From positions 576,001-640,000 of the forward strand of contig CAXMWX010000005.1 of the NCBI GenBank assembly GCA_963422205.2: a stretch of DNA of 64,000 bases. The letters are read 5' to 3'. Under the pieces are notes generated by a model. The model saw nothing but the letters and a program-made list of their open reading frames with translations, did no database searches and was not told the DNA's origin. Positions 20,000-29,020 of the stretch are shown in pieces (position 1 is the first letter of the stretch; every line of letters begins with the position of its first letter). The position numbers and the translations under genes were made by a program. This DNA is from Gammaproteobacteria bacterium (lineage in GTDB: Bacteria; Pseudomonadota; Gammaproteobacteria; Eutrophobiales; Eutrophobiaceae).

Positions 20000-22102
20000 T
20001 TGCTCAACACACGTATGACTGTGGATACCAAACACACTCACGACAGGCAACGCACCGCATCAAGGCAGATAACACCGGCAAAATTTATCCCCCAGGAAAA
20101 CTTGCTGGGCAACAGGCAAGGGCGGTGGCGTATTAACAGGCCGCTGGTGCTGATCTCTGCCGCCCTGTTACTCATTGCCAGCATCGTGTTTTTTCTGCTG
20201 ACGGCGAAGGCCATCCACATAGAAACCGAGCCAGCGCAAAGTGATATAACCATCGCCAGCCGGCTGATGTTCAAGCTGGGCACAAGCTACCTGCTGCTCC
20301 CCGGCGAGCATAAGATAGCGCTGGCCGCCCCTGGCTATTACGACCTTGAAGAGAGCCTGGTTGTCGGCAGTAAGGGTCAGCAAAAATTCTTCTTTCAGTT
20401 GGACAAGCTGCCCGGCAGCTTAAAGGTAGAGACGGGTGCGCTAACCGGTGCTGAGGTCTTGCTTGATGGTGAGCGCAAGGGAAAGACACCGGTGGTGATT
20501 AACGCACTACCAGCCGGCAGGTATAAAATCGATATTCTCCTGGAGGGTTATCTTCCTCACACAGAGGAAGTTGACCTGAAAGGATTAGGCAAAGAGAACC
20601 ACCTGAAGGCGGAGTTGCTGCCCGCCTGGGCCGAAGTCAGCTTTACCTCCCGGCCTGAAAATGCCGAGTTGTATGTTGACGATACGCTGATCGGCCAGAC
20701 TCCCTTAACCACCAATATCATGCAGGGACAGCACACAGCCAGTGTAAGACGGCGTGGGTATAAGCAATGGCAGCGCACCCTCAAGGTGACGGCGGGGGAG
20801 GCGCAGCGCTTCGATGAGATTACGCTGGCACCGGCCGATGCCACGGTGGTATTGCAGTCGAAGCCCAGTGCCGCCAGCGTCACTGTCGATGGTAACTACC
20901 AGGGCTTAACGCCGATTGAGTTTGCCGTCACGCCCGATACAACTGCCCGGATCAGCCTGTTCAAGCAGGGCTACAAACCGGCAGCACACACAGTCAAACT
21001 GGCATCCGGTGAGCAAAAGCACGTCACGATCACGCTGGCTGCCCGCCTGGTCGAGATCGTGTTCAGCGTTGAACCGGCCGATGCCGAACTGTATATCAAC
21101 GGCAAGCGGCAAGCGGCGGCAAACACCCGCATTCAACTGCCCGCCCGCCAGCATAACATGGAAGTAAAACGTGACGGCTATGTCACGGTGAGCAAAAACA
21201 TATCACCGCACAGCGGGCTGGTGCAGCACGTGCGTGTGCGGCTGAAGTCATTGCAGGAGGTGAAGCGGGAATCCGTACAACCCATCATCAAGACCTCTGC
21301 CGGCCAGACGCTTAAATTATTCAGGCCCGGCGAGTTCACGGCCGGTGCCTCACGCCGGGAGCCAGGCCGGCAGGCCAATGAAACCCTGCAAAAGATCCGG
21401 CTGGGACGAGCGTTTTATATGAGCCTGCATGAAGTCACCAATGCACAGTACAAGCTGTTCAAACCCGGCCATTCAGCCGGCCGGATACAGGGTCACTCAC
21501 TGGATCAGGGCAGCCACCCGGTCACCAGGGTAAGCTGGCAGGATGCCGCAAAATACTGCAACTGGCTTAGCCGCCAGGAGAAACTGACGTCTTTCTATGA
21601 GGAGAGTAACAGTAAGATTGTCGGTATAAACCCGGCTGCCGATGGCTATCGCCTGCCCACGGAAGCGGAGTGGGCCTGGGCTGCCCGTACCCGGGCTGAC
21701 AAGCCGATGTTGAAATTTCCCTGGGGCGGCCAGATGCCGCCGACAGAGAAGAGTGGTAACTTTGCCGATACCAGTTCGGCCAATTTTATTGGTAAGATCA
21801 TCGGCGGGTATAATGATGGCTTTCCGGTCACGGCACCTGTGGGCAGTTTCATGGCGAATGACAAGGGGCTGTTTGATATGGGCGGCAATGTCGCTGAATG
21901 GGTCAATGACTTCTATGATATCGCTGTCAGTCAAAAGACCGTCCTGCGTGATCCCTTAGGGCCGAAAAGCGGTGAGTTTTATGTTATCCGCGGCTCTGGC
22001 TGGGCACATGGAACGATTACCGAATTGCGTTTGTCTTACCGTGATTATGGTAGCGAGCCCAGGGACGATGTGGGCTTCAGGATTGCGCGATTTTTGGAGT
22101 GA
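20000..22102 (+). CDS. Single-TM protein with PEGA repeats and C-terminal FGE-sulfatase-fold domain
   Basis: Repeated S.P..A...VDG...G.TP PEGA units; HEVTNAQY, VSWQDA, YRLPTEAEW, DMGGNVAEW, GFRIA. Confidence 0.85.
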   Translation: MLNTRMTVDTKHTHDRQRTASRQITPAKFIPQENLLGNRQGRWRINRPLVLISAALLLIASIVFFLLTAKAIHIETEPAQSDITIASRLMFKLGTSYLLLPGEHKIALAAPGYYDLEESLVVGSKGQQKFFFQLDKLPGSLKVETGALTGAEVLLDGERKGKTPVVINALPAGRYKIDILLEGYLPHTEEVDLKGLGKENHLKAELLPAWAEVSFTSRPENAELYVDDTLIGQTPLTTNIMQGQHTASVRRRGYKQWQRTLKVTAGEAQRFDEITLAPADATVVLQSKPSAASVTVDGNYQGLTPIEFAVTPDTTARISLFKQGYKPAAHTVKLASGEQKHVTITLAARLVEIVFSVEPADAELYINGKRQAAANTRIQLPARQHNMEVKRDGYVTVSKNISPHSGLVQHVRVRLKSLQEVKRESVQPIIKTSAGQTLKLFRPGEFTAGASRREPGRQANETLQKIRLGRAFYMSLHEVTNAQYKLFKPGHSAGRIQGHSLDQGSHPVTRVSWQDAAKYCNWLSRQEKLTSFYEESNSKIVGINPAADGYRLPTEAEWAWAARTRADKPMLKFPWGGQMPPTEKSGNFADTSSANFIGKIIGGYNDGFPVTAPVGSFMANDKGLFDMGGNVAEWVNDFYDIAVSQKTVLRDPLGPKSGEFYVIRGSGWAHGTITELRLSYRDYGSEPRDDVGFRIARFLE

Positions 22103-22308
22103 AGATGCGAGATATTGTTTTTATCCTCTTACTGCTTGGCATGAGTCCATCGGCGGCGCAAAAGACCGCCGATCAGGATACAGACGAGAAAACCGATAAA
22201 AACACAGAGAAAACACAGGCAACAGAGCAGGAACGGCGGCCGGAGGTGTTCAATCCAACAGAACAACTCTCCGAAGACAAAGACATTTCTTTCCCCACGG
22301 ATATCTAG
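22099..22308 (+). CDS. Small exported hypothetical protein
   Basis: Signal peptide; ends FNPTEQLSEDKDISFPTDI; overlaps upstream stop and ends 2 nt before next start. Confidence 0.65.
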   Translation: MKMRDIVFILLLLGMSPSAAQKTADQDTDEKTDKNTEKTQATEQERRPEVFNPTEQLSEDKDISFPTDI

Positions 22309-22310
22309 CG

Positions 22311-23114
22311 ATGTTAATGAAGCATAACCCGGTCTCGGATTTTCTCTACCAGCTATTTGCCCTGTTCATCTCCATCATCATTGTGCATGCTGTCTATGTC
22401 ACCCTCATCAGACCAAAAGCCGATGCCATACTCGAACAGCAGCGTAGCAGGCAGGAGGCAGGACAGAGTTATGAAATAAGGCGCTCGGTGTATATCGTCA
22501 TCAAAGACTTTGAACAGGAAGCCTGCTTTATTCTCGCCTTCTGGGTAAGTGCCATCATCGGCCTGAAGACCAAAATCGCCCTGCAGGAAAGAAGACTGCT
22601 GACACGCTCACTGCTCAAAGTAACGCCCGGCACCCGTATATTGCCACAGGATGCCCGACAGTATGCCAGACCCATACAGGCATTGGCTGAGGATGAGCGC
22701 GAATTTTTATTGCCGCGGGCCTTATTGGCGGCATTGCAACGGTTTGGCTCAACGGCCAATATTCAGGATGTCTCAACGGCAATACGTGAGACCTGTGAGA
22801 CTGAATCTGATCGGCTGGATTCTGAGTTGTCCATGGTGCGCTACATCATCTGGGCAATACCCTCTATCGGTTTCATCGGCACAGTCCGGGGGATTGGTGA
22901 AGCCCTGGGCCAGGCACACAAGGCCGTAGAAGGGGATATTGTCGGTGTGACAGTGAGCCTGGGGGTGGCGTTTAACTCAACCTTCATCGCCCTGATTATC
23001 AGCATTCTGATCATGTTTTTAATGCACCAGTTGCAGTTATTGCAGGAGCGCCTGGTGCTGGATACACAGAACTATTGTGATATAAATTTATTACGCCACC
23101 TGCAAGTACGCTGA
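22311..23114 (+). CDS. MotA/TolQ/ExbB proton-channel family protein
   Basis: IPSIGFIGTVRGI and LGVAFNST TM motifs. Confidence 0.88.
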   Translation: MLMKHNPVSDFLYQLFALFISIIIVHAVYVTLIRPKADAILEQQRSRQEAGQSYEIRRSVYIVIKDFEQEACFILAFWVSAIIGLKTKIALQERRLLTRSLLKVTPGTRILPQDARQYARPIQALAEDEREFLLPRALLAALQRFGSTANIQDVSTAIRETCETESDRLDSELSMVRYIIWAIPSIGFIGTVRGIGEALGQAHKAVEGDIVGVTVSLGVAFNSTFIALIISILIMFLMHQLQLLQERLVLDTQNYCDINLLRHLQVR

Positions 23115-23127
23115 CGGAGAGAGGCAG

Positions 23128-24450
23128 GTGAGAGTGATAGCAGAGCTCAATGACAGCAACATCACTGTCGCAACGATCAGCCGAATCATTGCCATGAGTC
23201 CCGGTGTTGCGATCATACGGGATGATACCATTGAACTGGGACAGGCGGCAGCAGACAAGCTGCACTTGTATCCACAAAATGCACACACACGATTCTGGAG
23301 TGAGCTCAATCTGGATAGGTTAAAAATCACATCAGGGCTGGCACGCCACCATGCCGATCTTGCATTTGCCCATATCGGCTTGATCCATGAACTGGCTGGC
23401 AAGCCTGAAGAGCTGGTGCTGGCTGTGCCTGGCAGTTTCTCTGAGAAGCAATTATCGCTGCTGGCCGGCCTGCTTGAAGCCGCCCCGTTTCAGGTTACCT
23501 CCTTGGTCGATACTGCCGTGGCCGCCATTGCCAGCCATCCAATCGCCGGACATTGTCAATACGTTGATATCGTCTTGCATCAAATCGTGATTACCACCGT
23601 GGAAGTCACCGACAGGGTACGGCTGATAACAACACAGGTGCTGGATGATACCGGCCTCTCAGCGGTTTATGATAACTGTGCACAGGTGATTGCTGATCTG
23701 TTTATTGCCCAATCCAGGTTCGACCCATTGCACCATGCAGAGACCGAGCAACGATTGTATGACCGGCTGCCCCACTGCTTGCAGTCGCTAACGCAACAAG
23801 ACGAGACCGTATTCGTGATTGACTATCAGCAAACGCCTCATCAGGCCAAGGTAAAACAGCAGGCACTGGCGGCTGCCCTGGCCGGTATGTGTGATAAGCT
23901 GAACGCCGTCCTTAACCCCGACATGACCACTGTACTGAACAACAGAGTAGCGCTGATCCCGGGCCTGCAAACACAACTGGATGGGGCCGTTGTGCTTGAC
24001 AGTCACGCCGTGTTTGCCGGGGCCTGCCTGTTCCCGCTACCGGCCGCCGATGACAGTCATGTTAATTTTGTCACCGAAATACCGCTGGATACAGCCGCTG
24101 CCCCGGTGAGAACAACTGCCAGCACACCGGCCCCGTCTCAGCCAACAGCAAGCCCCCCTGCCGCCACACACCTGCTGATTGCACATGAGGCCCACCCGGT
24201 CACAGACCGGCCGCTTTATCTGCATCTAAATAACAACAGTTTAGCGCTCAGTGATAAAAAAGCAGCGACTAACTGCGTTTTTCAGCAACGCCAGGGAAGT
24301 ATCCAGCTTGCCTGTGATGCGGCGGCTGATATTACGATCAACGGACAGATGGTAACCGGCAATCACCGGCTGGTTTGCGGTGATATGATTCAAACAGTTG
24401 CAGGGCAGATAACAGCCATCCGCATCAAAGACGAACATGAGCCGACCTAA
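23128..24450 (+). CDS. Degenerate Hsp70/actin-fold protein with FHA-like C-terminal domain
   Basis: SPGVA, LVLAVPGSFSEKQ, LVDTAVAA, EQRLY follow the DnaK nucleotide-binding-domain motif order; ITINGQ..LVCGDMI resembles an FHA tail. Confidence 0.6.
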   Translation: MRVIAELNDSNITVATISRIIAMSPGVAIIRDDTIELGQAAADKLHLYPQNAHTRFWSELNLDRLKITSGLARHHADLAFAHIGLIHELAGKPEELVLAVPGSFSEKQLSLLAGLLEAAPFQVTSLVDTAVAAIASHPIAGHCQYVDIVLHQIVITTVEVTDRVRLITTQVLDDTGLSAVYDNCAQVIADLFIAQSRFDPLHHAETEQRLYDRLPHCLQSLTQQDETVFVIDYQQTPHQAKVKQQALAAALAGMCDKLNAVLNPDMTTVLNNRVALIPGLQTQLDGAVVLDSHAVFAGACLFPLPAADDSHVNFVTEIPLDTAAAPVRTTASTPAPSQPTASPPAATHLLIAHEAHPVTDRPLYLHLNNNSLALSDKKAATNCVFQQRQGSIQLACDAAADITINGQMVTGNHRLVCGDMIQTVAGQITAIRIKDEHEPT

Positions 24451-25525
24451 ACGAACACTCTCGGCATTCAGCCTGTCATTTCTCGATATCATGTCCTGCG
24501 GCTTTGGTGCTGCCGTGTTGTTGTTCTTGATCATTAAACACAAAGTCGATACCCCCGAACCCATACCCTTAACCAGCAAAGATCAAACCTCAGAAGTCAT
24601 GCTGCTGGAAGAGGAGATACTGACAGGGAAAAAAAATCTGGCCGCCTTACGCAACACCCTGGAGGCAATAGAAGAGGAGATGATAACAGCACAGGGACGG
24701 GCCAGGCAGGTAAGTTCTGAGATCAGGGAAGTGGCAATGCACACACAGGCCATTGAGCCAGATGCTGTGGCGGCTGAACTTGAGGCATTGAAAACCAGAA
24801 TCAAAAAACTGGAACAACAGAAAAACAGCATCGCAGCAGAGAACAGCAAGACGGGGGAACAGGCATTGAAAATCAGCGGCGAAGGCAATCGCCAATATAT
24901 CACGGGCCTGCGGCTGGATGGCAGACGCTCATTGATCCTGCTGGATATCTCGGCCAGCATGCTGGATCGTACTGTTGTCAACATCCTGCGTTTTCGCAAC
25001 CTGCGTGATGAGCGCAAGCGGCTGGCACACAAATGGCAACAGGCCATTAAGATCGTTGAATGGTTAATGGCCAACCTGCCGGCGGACAGTCAATACCAAC
25101 TCTACCTGTTCAATACCGATACGCTGTCTGCCTTGCCTGACAGCAAAGGTCGCTGGCTTGATGTGGACGATAAAACCACATTGCAAAAAGTCATCGAACG
25201 GCTCAAGCGGCAGGTGCCTGAAAACGGCACCAACCTGGAAAACGCCTTCATCGTGGCACGGCAATTACGTCCGGCGCCCGACAATATTTACCTGATTACT
25301 GACGGCCTGCCAACCCAGGGTTCCAGGACCTATCGTGGTGCAACGATTACGGCTAATCAGCGTCAGAAATTATTTGAAAGAGCGATTCAAAAACTCCCTG
25401 ACAGGTTGCCAATCAATGTCATTCTGACGCCTATGGAAGGCGATCTGCAAGCTGCGTTTGCATTCTGGCAACTGTCCCAGCGCACCAACGGTGCTTTTAT
25501 CAGTCCGCAAGAGGGCTGGCCCTGA
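24437..25525 (+). CDS. ExbD/TolR-like TM anchor + coiled coil + vWA domain protein
   Basis: SFLDIMSCGFGA TM with Asp; MIDAS DISAS, GTNL, TDG. Confidence 0.8.
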   Translation: MSRPKRTLSAFSLSFLDIMSCGFGAAVLLFLIIKHKVDTPEPIPLTSKDQTSEVMLLEEEILTGKKNLAALRNTLEAIEEEMITAQGRARQVSSEIREVAMHTQAIEPDAVAAELEALKTRIKKLEQQKNSIAAENSKTGEQALKISGEGNRQYITGLRLDGRRSLILLDISASMLDRTVVNILRFRNLRDERKRLAHKWQQAIKIVEWLMANLPADSQYQLYLFNTDTLSALPDSKGRWLDVDDKTTLQKVIERLKRQVPENGTNLENAFIVARQLRPAPDNIYLITDGLPTQGSRTYRGATITANQRQKLFERAIQKLPDRLPINVILTPMEGDLQAAFAFWQLSQRTNGAFISPQEGWP

Positions 25526-25534
25526 GGCAAAAAC

Positions 25535-26524
25535 ATGAAGCGAGAAAAACGGACACCAGATGCCTTCAGCATTGCCTTTCTGGATGTCATCACCTGCGGT
25601 TTCGGGGCGATCATCTTGTTGCTGATGATCGCCAAGACCGGTGATACACCGATACTGGAGACAGCGACAGAATCCCTGCAAGGCATAGTGCGTGATCTAC
25701 AGGTACAGCTATTTGAAATCCGTGGCGAAGCCAGGGTATTGAACCGCGACCTGACCGATAAAAAAGAGCAGCTGTCGCAATGGGATGAGCGCATCGCCAA
25801 GCTGCAAGCCGAACTGGCGCTTGCCAAAAAACGCCAGCAGGCCATACGCAATGATTCGACTTTCAATGCCATCATCAAAGGCGAGTATCAAACCGCACTG
25901 CAAAAACTCACCGCCGAAATGAAACGCCTGCTTGCACAGCAACAAACCGCACAGAACGATCTGGTGGCGGGGATCTCGGCGGATACCGAGTACCTGATCT
26001 TCATCATTGACACCTCCGGCAGCATGGTGAATAACCACTGGAACAGGATGATAACGGAAATGATCAACACGCTGGATGCCTATCCGAGACTAAAAGGCAT
26101 ACAGATCATGAGCGATATGGGCGAGTATCTGTTTTCCCAGTTTCGCGGCCGATGGATTCCCGATACCAGGGGCCGGCGCCGGGCGATTATCAGCACCCTC
26201 AGAGGCTGGCGCACATTCAGCAACAGCAATCCGGCGGAGGGTATCACCGCCGCCATACGCACATTTTATGATGACGGTAAAAAGATCAGCATCTATGTCT
26301 ATGGCGATGAATTTCCCGGCCGATCGTTTGCGGAAGTGCTGGCGATTGTTGACCGGATAAACCCGAAGGACAGAGATGGCAATACCAAAGTGCAAATACA
26401 TGCTGTAGGCTTTCCGGCAGGTCGGCAACAACATCCGCAATATCAATTTACCAACGAGCGGTTTGCCGGACTCATGCGGGAATTAACCTACAGAAATGGT
26501 GGCACCTTCGTGGGATTAAACTAA
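25535..26524 (+). CDS. Second ExbD/TolR-like TM anchor + coiled coil + vWA domain protein
   Basis: AFLDVITCGFGA TM with Asp; MIDAS DTSGS, YGDE. Confidence 0.8.
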   Translation: MKREKRTPDAFSIAFLDVITCGFGAIILLLMIAKTGDTPILETATESLQGIVRDLQVQLFEIRGEARVLNRDLTDKKEQLSQWDERIAKLQAELALAKKRQQAIRNDSTFNAIIKGEYQTALQKLTAEMKRLLAQQQTAQNDLVAGISADTEYLIFIIDTSGSMVNNHWNRMITEMINTLDAYPRLKGIQIMSDMGEYLFSQFRGRWIPDTRGRRRAIISTLRGWRTFSNSNPAEGITAAIRTFYDDGKKISIYVYGDEFPGRSFAEVLAIVDRINPKDRDGNTKVQIHAVGFPAGRQQHPQYQFTNERFAGLMRELTYRNGGTFVGLN

Positions 26525-26587
26525 AATGACAGGTACTCTGAAATCATTCGCTTATAAGCGGGTATAACAAAAACAGGAAAACAACGC

Positions 26588-27193
26588 ATGCGAACAGTGC
26601 AGATACTCCCATACTTGCTGCTAACGATGACCCTGCTGGCCTGTAGTCAGTCGGTCACCATGAAGGTAGCCCCCGATATTCCCGCACCACGGGTGGAACA
26701 ACTGCCGCTGACAATGGGGATTTACTACGATGACACATTCCGTCATTATGCCTACAAAGAAGATTCGGCAGAACGGCCTGACTGGACAATTAACAGCGGT
26801 GAATCGCAAGTCCTGTTATTTGAGCAGATTTTCTCATCCATGTTTGCCCGGACTGAACAGGTCGCCGGCCATGCCGCTAACAGCGGCGTGGATGGTATTC
26901 TTTATCCTGAAGTTATCGAGATGCAATTCGCCCTGCCTGCCGAGACAAAGACGGATTTTTATGAATACTGGGTTAAGTACAAAATTGCATTATACGATAA
27001 CCAGGGTAACTTCGTTGCCGACTGGCCGGTTACCGGTTATGGTAAATCCTCTACTGAATTTCTCAAGAGTCGCGACAAGGGGCTTAACGCAGCGATTAAC
27101 CAGGCATTGCGCGATGTCGGCGCCAAACTGGCGATCGACTTTACCAGGGTAAGCGGTGTGGCCAAATGGCTGGCGGACAGACAGGCCAACTGA
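26588..27193 (+). CDS. Hypothetical lipoprotein
   Basis: Lipobox LLAC; co-oriented in operon. Confidence 0.7.
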   Translation: MRTVQILPYLLLTMTLLACSQSVTMKVAPDIPAPRVEQLPLTMGIYYDDTFRHYAYKEDSAERPDWTINSGESQVLLFEQIFSSMFARTEQVAGHAANSGVDGILYPEVIEMQFALPAETKTDFYEYWVKYKIALYDNQGNFVADWPVTGYGKSSTEFLKSRDKGLNAAINQALRDVGAKLAIDFTRVSGVAKWLADRQAN

Positions 27194-27207
27194 GTGACGG
27201 AGATGCC

Positions 27208-27873
27208 ATGCAAATCATACGGTATAGCAAGCTGTTCAGCCTTATCATCGTATTAACGGCCTGCAAAAGCACAACGGTGATCGATCAGCACCGGGAATTG
27301 GTCAACACGAGTCTGCGTGCTGGTGAATCCGTTGTCGTACTGGGGCGGCGGCATAGCATCCGCCATGAGACAGAGGCAAAATTCATCAACTGCATCGGCC
27401 AGAGTCTCGGCCAGGGCGAAAACCGGATTCGAGTCATTCCAGAGAAGACCTTCATCGATACCATGTATCCGCATTTTGAAACCAGCACCGCCCCTGTTGA
27501 TGTAAAAAACCTGAAAAAACTTATGCAGAATCCGGCGCTCGCCAGCAAGTTTGATGAGTTTAATATTCGCTACTTCATCTGGATCGACGGCTCAACGGAA
27601 ACAACAGATAAATCCGGCTCAATGTCCTGTGCAGTCGGCCCGGGTGGCGGTGGCTGTTTCGGCTTCACCTACTGGAGCGATGAGGCCAACTATGAAGCCA
27701 GCATCTGGGATTTCAAGGGCTTAGCTATCAGCGGAAAAATCAATGCAGAAAGCAAAGGCACGTCTTTCATGCCCGCCGTGATCATACCGATACCGCTGCT
27801 GGCACAGGTACAAAGCAGCACCTGTAAATCCTTGTCCCGGCAGATCAAGGCTTTCATTGCCGAACAAAGTTAA
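27208..27873 (+). CDS. Hypothetical lipoprotein
   Basis: Lipobox LTAC; CAVGPGGGGCFG motif. Confidence 0.7.
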   Translation: MQIIRYSKLFSLIIVLTACKSTTVIDQHRELVNTSLRAGESVVVLGRRHSIRHETEAKFINCIGQSLGQGENRIRVIPEKTFIDTMYPHFETSTAPVDVKNLKKLMQNPALASKFDEFNIRYFIWIDGSTETTDKSGSMSCAVGPGGGGCFGFTYWSDEANYEASIWDFKGLAISGKINAESKGTSFMPAVIIPIPLLAQVQSSTCKSLSRQIKAFIAEQS

Positions 27874-29012
27874 TCCGCTAATCGCAGTAGCTGCCGATGC
27901 TTATTCAGCCCGGCAAAGAGCTGCTCAATATCATCCTCGTTATTATAAAAGTGTGGCGAGATGCGGAGCTTGTTATCACGACAGGAAGTGATCACGCCTT
28001 CCCGACACAGTGAGGAGACCAACGGATACATATCCGAGGTTTGTAATGTCACCATCGCCCCATGACCAGCCCGTTGCTCCGGCATCCCTAAACAATACCC
28101 CTGCTCCAGCGCACGCCGCTTAATCAATCCTGTTAAATCAGTGATAGCCTGTTCAATCACATCCAGACCCACCGCATTCACCAGCCTAAGGCCCGCAATA
28201 ACCGCATACAGATTAGGCACATTCGGTGTGCCGGACTCCAGCTTGCGGGCATTATCCGCCGGCTTATTGTGATCGCCATCCATCGCATTGATATCAGCCT
28301 GTGCGAACCAGCCACTGCTGGTGGGCGTGAAGCGATCCAGATGTTTCTTTTTGCTGAATAAAAACCCCGCACCGGCTGAGGCCAATAAATACTTCAACAT
28401 GCCCCCGGCGGCAAAATCCACATCCAGCGCCGCAAGGTTCAGGCGCATCGTACCCACAGATTGATAACAGTCCAGAAAGACCAGCGCGCCCTGCTGCCTG
28501 GCATGAGCAATGATCGGTTGCAGATCAAGCCTGGCACCGTTGCGGTAGCAGACATGCGGTAATGAGGCGATCAGCGTGGACTCATCAATACAGCGGATGA
28601 AGTTCTCCAGCGGAATCGTCTTACCATCGCTGGCAGCAGCAACCTGTACGCACTCAGCACCACGTCTCTCCTGTGCACGCCAGATCTGCGCTGTCGTGGG
28701 AAAATCAAAATCGGTCAATACCACCTGATTACGCTTGCCGCTGAAATCCAGGTTAGCCGCCAGGCTGTTCAGCCCGTCACTCAAGCTGGAGGTCACGGTA
28801 AGCTCATCTGCGTTTACCGAAAAAAAATCCGCCAGCATGGTACGCACCATCTCCAGTTGGCTCACCCAAAACTCCCAATGTGCACCATAGGCATCCCGAT
28901 CAGCCAGGTAGTGCAGGTAGGCTTCCCTGACATCCACAGACAGCGCACCATAAGAGCAGCTATTGATATACGCTCGCTGCCTGAAGATGGGGAAGCGTTC
29001 ACGCAATGGCAT
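27870..29012 (-). CDS. PLP-dependent class V aminotransferase/lyase (kynureninase/SufS-like fold)
   Basis: RERFPI..YINSCSYG, DCYQSVG, GGMLKYLL (PLP Lys), ESGTP, LRISPHFYN; start taken at ATG 29012. Confidence 0.85.
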   Translation of the reverse strand: MPLRERFPIFRQRAYINSCSYGALSVDVREAYLHYLADRDAYGAHWEFWVSQLEMVRTMLADFFSVNADELTVTSSLSDGLNSLAANLDFSGKRNQVVLTDFDFPTTAQIWRAQERRGAECVQVAAASDGKTIPLENFIRCIDESTLIASLPHVCYRNGARLDLQPIIAHARQQGALVFLDCYQSVGTMRLNLAALDVDFAAGGMLKYLLASAGAGFLFSKKKHLDRFTPTSSGWFAQADINAMDGDHNKPADNARKLESGTPNVPNLYAVIAGLRLVNAVGLDVIEQAITDLTGLIKRRALEQGYCLGMPEQRAGHGAMVTLQTSDMYPLVSSLCREGVITSCRDNKLRISPHFYNNEDDIEQLFAGLNKHRQLLRLAD

Positions 29013-29020
29013 GGATACGC

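Noticed and set aside
21300-22102. Diversity-generating retroelement target (FGE/CLec fold)
   Set aside because: No reverse transcriptase gene and no template repeat of the 3' end seen
22311-26524. Zorya, Tol-Pal, Ton or flagellar stator
   Set aside because: The partner subunits end in vWA rather than OmpA-like or ExbD periplasmic domains; no zorC/D/E, tolAB/pal or flagellar genes
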